DNA from: a bacterium
GTDB lineage: Bacteria; Patescibacteriota; Patescibacteriia; JACQRZ01
Direction: 5' to 3'
NCBI GenBank assembly: GCA_030688365.1
Contig: JAUYIE010000003.1
Location: 30,417 to 94,416 of the forward strand
DNA length: 64,000 nucleotides
Of this stretch, positions 61,049 through 64,000 are shown in pieces. Position numbers and translations under genes: made by a program. Every line of letters starts with the position of its first letter. Within the stretch, counting starts at the first letter, position 1. A model generated the notes under the pieces. The model was not told the origin of the DNA. It ran no database searches and was given only the letters and a program-made list of their open reading frames with translations.

Positions 61049-62464
61049 TTACTGATTTTGTATATTAGATGGTGGTAATGCTACGTGTATGACGGTGTAT
61101 GATGGCACAGCACAGATCAACGCCAATGTCGTTGCCAACATCATACCTCCCGCATGAGTCGTCCATAAAAAATGATCAGTCAAAAATGCAATCAGTATAA
61201 CGACACCTAATGAAAACGTCAGTGCTACGCGCACTGCATCAAATACAGATGATATCGCGCGTATACGGATAGTGATCAACCATATATACCCTGCAATAAG
61301 AAATATCATCCCAACTATACCCATCAACCCCAGCTCACTGACAATAAGAATAGGCACCGCGTGGACTGGTTGATAACTATAGTATGGGCGTACAGTATTT
61401 GAATTTTTATCTTTCAAGAAAATCGAATATGTGTATTGCCCTATACCCGTCCCTAAAGGAAACTCTTGCAAAAGCGCACTCATACCCTCCCGCAACGATG
61501 ATCCCCTTTCAGACAATGATCGTTGTTCAAGACGCGTCAGTCCGCCGACACCAAGACGCGTGCTTAATGGCTCCCACAATCCATAACTCATCGTACCAAG
61601 AAGGATCACAACAAAGATCGTCATGACCGCGTTGATTTTTCCAAATCGTTCGTATGGTATGCGGATACGCGTTCGTAAAAGCGACATCATCACAATCATA
61701 GACAGCGACCCCAGTAACGCCGCAATCCATGCACCGCGAGAAAACGTCAAAATCAATCCACTTACAACGCACGCCCATGCAACCAGCAAACAATATGCCT
61801 GCCATTTTTTTCGGATATACCATGAAAGAGCAATACACAAAAGCACCGCCACCGCAAAATATATACCAAGCATATTGGGATGAGGAAACGTACCATATGC
61901 ACGCAAAAATCTACGTAGAGTACTTTCCACCACAGAATCTCCGAGAACAGATGATGCGTGAGCCGCCATACCAAGCCACGAGTGCGCGTGAATATGTTGT
62001 GCTAAAAATTGATGCCAAGCCACAACACTCTGTATCATTGCCATACCGACATATGCTGATAACGCCCCACCCAAAGACCATGGAATCATACGCAATGCCC
62101 ACACGATACACCCTATTTCCACCAAGCGCAGTATGGCGTACAGCGATACCCATTGTGCCGGCGCCCAAAGTAATGCGATGCAAGACCACATCAAAAGCAC
62201 ACCCCATCCACACAACAATAAAAAAAGTGGTAACTTTTCCTGTACCACTGGACGAACGACTGACCACTGTGTTTGTTTATTTGTATACCACCATATAAAC
62301 GAAATTATGATTCCCATGACCAAAAAATCAGTACCATACAACCCAATCACCCCGTACTGCCAAACACCTTCTGGACTACCAACAATTGGCGACGAAAAAA
62401 TATATACAGTCTGTATGGGAATAAAGAGAAAAAATACGTAAACCAACCATCTCATGATTTGCAT
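61049..62464 (-). CDS. O-antigen ligase/Wzy_C family membrane protein
   Basis: RAYGTFPHPN, TFSRGAW, GTGIGQY, PVH...ELG. Confidence 0.85.
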   Translation of the reverse strand: MQIMRWLVYVFFLFIPIQTVYIFSSPIVGSPEGVWQYGVIGLYGTDFLVMGIIISFIWWYTNKQTQWSVVRPVVQEKLPLFLLLCGWGVLLMWSCIALLWAPAQWVSLYAILRLVEIGCIVWALRMIPWSLGGALSAYVGMAMIQSVVAWHQFLAQHIHAHSWLGMAAHASSVLGDSVVESTLRRFLRAYGTFPHPNMLGIYFAVAVLLCIALSWYIRKKWQAYCLLVAWACVVSGLILTFSRGAWIAALLGSLSMIVMMSLLRTRIRIPYERFGKINAVMTIFVVILLGTMSYGLWEPLSTRLGVGGLTRLEQRSLSERGSSLREGMSALLQEFPLGTGIGQYTYSIFLKDKNSNTVRPYYSYQPVHAVPILIVSELGLMGIVGMIFLIAGYIWLITIRIRAISSVFDAVRVALTFSLGVVILIAFLTDHFLWTTHAGGMMLATTLALICAVPSYTVIHVALPPSNIQNQ

Positions 62465-63432
62465 ATATCAGTACGCTTTATGATTTCCACTCTTTTTATA
62501 AACTCCTGCTGTGTTTGTTCTCGGGTATCATGCGGGTGCATTTTTAACACGTCATCGTTCATGACCACCTGTGTGCCTGTAGAGAGATGTTGTTTCAATG
62601 ATAGCGGTAATATCTTCATTTGAAAACCGTGTGCGAGTTTTTCCAACCAATTACCAAATAATGAAACTATATATTCACTCAATCGTTTGAGTCCTCGTTG
62701 CCACCATGCAAGTTGTATAGTCCTACGAGGGTGTTGAGCTTTGCTAAAATGGAAAGGAATCCATTGTGTTATCCAGGTATTTTTCTTATACCACCGTTCA
62801 TAATAATCCCCCGAGTCATAAAGCGGATCATGTTGCGATATCCAATAGACAAATTCTACGTCAACTACATCAGCATGTGGCGCACGTGCAAGTGTAGAAC
62901 AATCACCGTCGCGGTCTGAAGTAAAAAAACTTAAGCATAGCGCATTCTTTTTTTCTCGTGTCGCAATGTTTGGACGCTGTCCCAATATCTCCATGACTGT
63001 ACTGCAAAAAAAACGTACGAGCCATATATGGCCATGACGCACAAGAATATGCAAATCAATATCACTTTCATCACGCGCGTTACCAAACGACAAAGAACTA
63101 CACACGGCCACCATGCGCACAAACGGTACCATCGCTAACATACTTCCAAACCTCATCGCCTTTTTATATTTCTTATGCACTGCTTCATATCGCTCAAGTC
63201 GAGTATCCACGATATGTGATCGTCCCGCAATGGAATATAATCCACGCTGACAGGTTACATATCCTCCAGGAATCAAGACATCATCAATGATCTGCAATAC
63301 AGTAGCAATATCAGCCAGTTCCATGGGTGGGCAATAGGCATATTTCTGCACTTCTTCTAAAGTCAAAGGATAATCCGAGATATCAAAATAGTGCAATGTA
63401 GCAAGGATAGATTGGGGAGCAGACAGAATCAT
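62452..63432 (-). CDS. nucleotidyltransferase-fold protein with an N-terminal winged-helix-like region
   Basis: PFVRMVAVCSSLS...ESDIDL matches a degenerate GS...DxD NTase motif. Confidence 0.7.
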   Translation of the reverse strand: MILSAPQSILATLHYFDISDYPLTLEEVQKYAYCPPMELADIATVLQIIDDVLIPGGYVTCQRGLYSIAGRSHIVDTRLERYEAVHKKYKKAMRFGSMLAMVPFVRMVAVCSSLSFGNARDESDIDLHILVRHGHIWLVRFFCSTVMEILGQRPNIATREKKNALCLSFFTSDRDGDCSTLARAPHADVVDVEFVYWISQHDPLYDSGDYYERWYKKNTWITQWIPFHFSKAQHPRRTIQLAWWQRGLKRLSEYIVSLFGNWLEKLAHGFQMKILPLSLKQHLSTGTQVVMNDDVLKMHPHDTREQTQQEFIKRVEIIKRTDICKS

Positions 63433-63519
63433 TGTATAGGGGATTACGATTGACGCGGGACTCTATTACTTGTATACTATACATTGTTACGGAAATGGTA
63501 AAGAAGCATGCAGTTATAA

Positions 63520-64000
63520 TTAAAAAACTATATCGCGAGACCATTTAAACAACTTTTTTGGGATGCTATTCTTCTTTTTTTAAAATTCCTTTCGCTGGGA
63601 AGACGCATCCTTATTGGCATAGTAAAAATCATTTTCAGTCCTTTGTACTGGATTGCTAAGGTAGTCGCGCATAAGCCGATTACTATTATTTATCGTTCTG
63701 TACTGCGTACGCGTTTCCGATTAGCAGAATTAGATATTCACCTAAAAAATCCTCTCACCTACCCACTGGTCAGCAAAAGTGTCGGCGGCATTGTATTGTT
63801 GTTGATCGGGATCGGCATTTTTATGTCAAATGTTGATTTTGCCACAGCAGACCCTGATATCACACTTCCACGCAACTTGCTTGTCTCTTATGTTTCCAGT
63901 GATTTGGATGCGACATATATTGAGGGTACTGATCAAATAATATCGGCAAGTGGTGACAATAATACTGCCAGTGTTAGCGCACGTGCCATACCGGAAACTG
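63520..64000 (+). CDS. 5' part of a membrane-anchored protein that runs off the window; start unclear
   Basis: Frame is open from 63520 to the end, with TM segment VGGIVLLLIGIGIFM; no in-frame ATG near its 5' end. Confidence 0.5.

Overview
Chromosomal window of a Patescibacteria (CPR) bacterium, most likely Parcubacteria/ABY1-like, using genetic code 11. The taxonomy is inferred from gene style: CPR-type repeat proteins, a VirB4/PrgI/VirB6 cluster next to comF, and few Shine-Dalgarno (SD) sites. Three zones are present. (1) An ~8 kb integrative element at ~570-8595 is inserted in the 3' end of tRNA-Arg(GCG). It has att direct repeats at both ends, a tyrosine integrase, an excisionase and cargo genes. 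The most interesting cargo is a reverse-transcriptase (RT) operon: a consensus sigma70 promoter with a palindromic operator, then an ~490-nt highly structured RNA, then an unannotated 21-codon hydrophobic peptide whose SD and whole CDS fold into one hairpin, then an XRE-HTH gene, then a divergent retron-like RT (FVDD). This looks like a type VI-like retron with a minimal, translationally silenced toxin. A second unannotated structured RNA with GNRA tetraloops and a tetraloop-receptor-like motif lies at ~5322-5470. (2) 8.7-31.5 kb holds tRNA-Ser, comF and the Patescibacteria T4SS-like locus, including a 3462-aa Cys-rich secreted protein. (3) 31.7-64 kb holds housekeeping genes: rsmA, PMM/PGM, a MurL-MurD fusion, gdhA, trpS, rnj, secG, uvrA, leuS, glyA, holA, rpsT, lgt, pyk, groES/groEL, tRNA-Leu and tRNA-Asp. 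All family calls come from motif recognition by eye. No database searches or folding programs were run.
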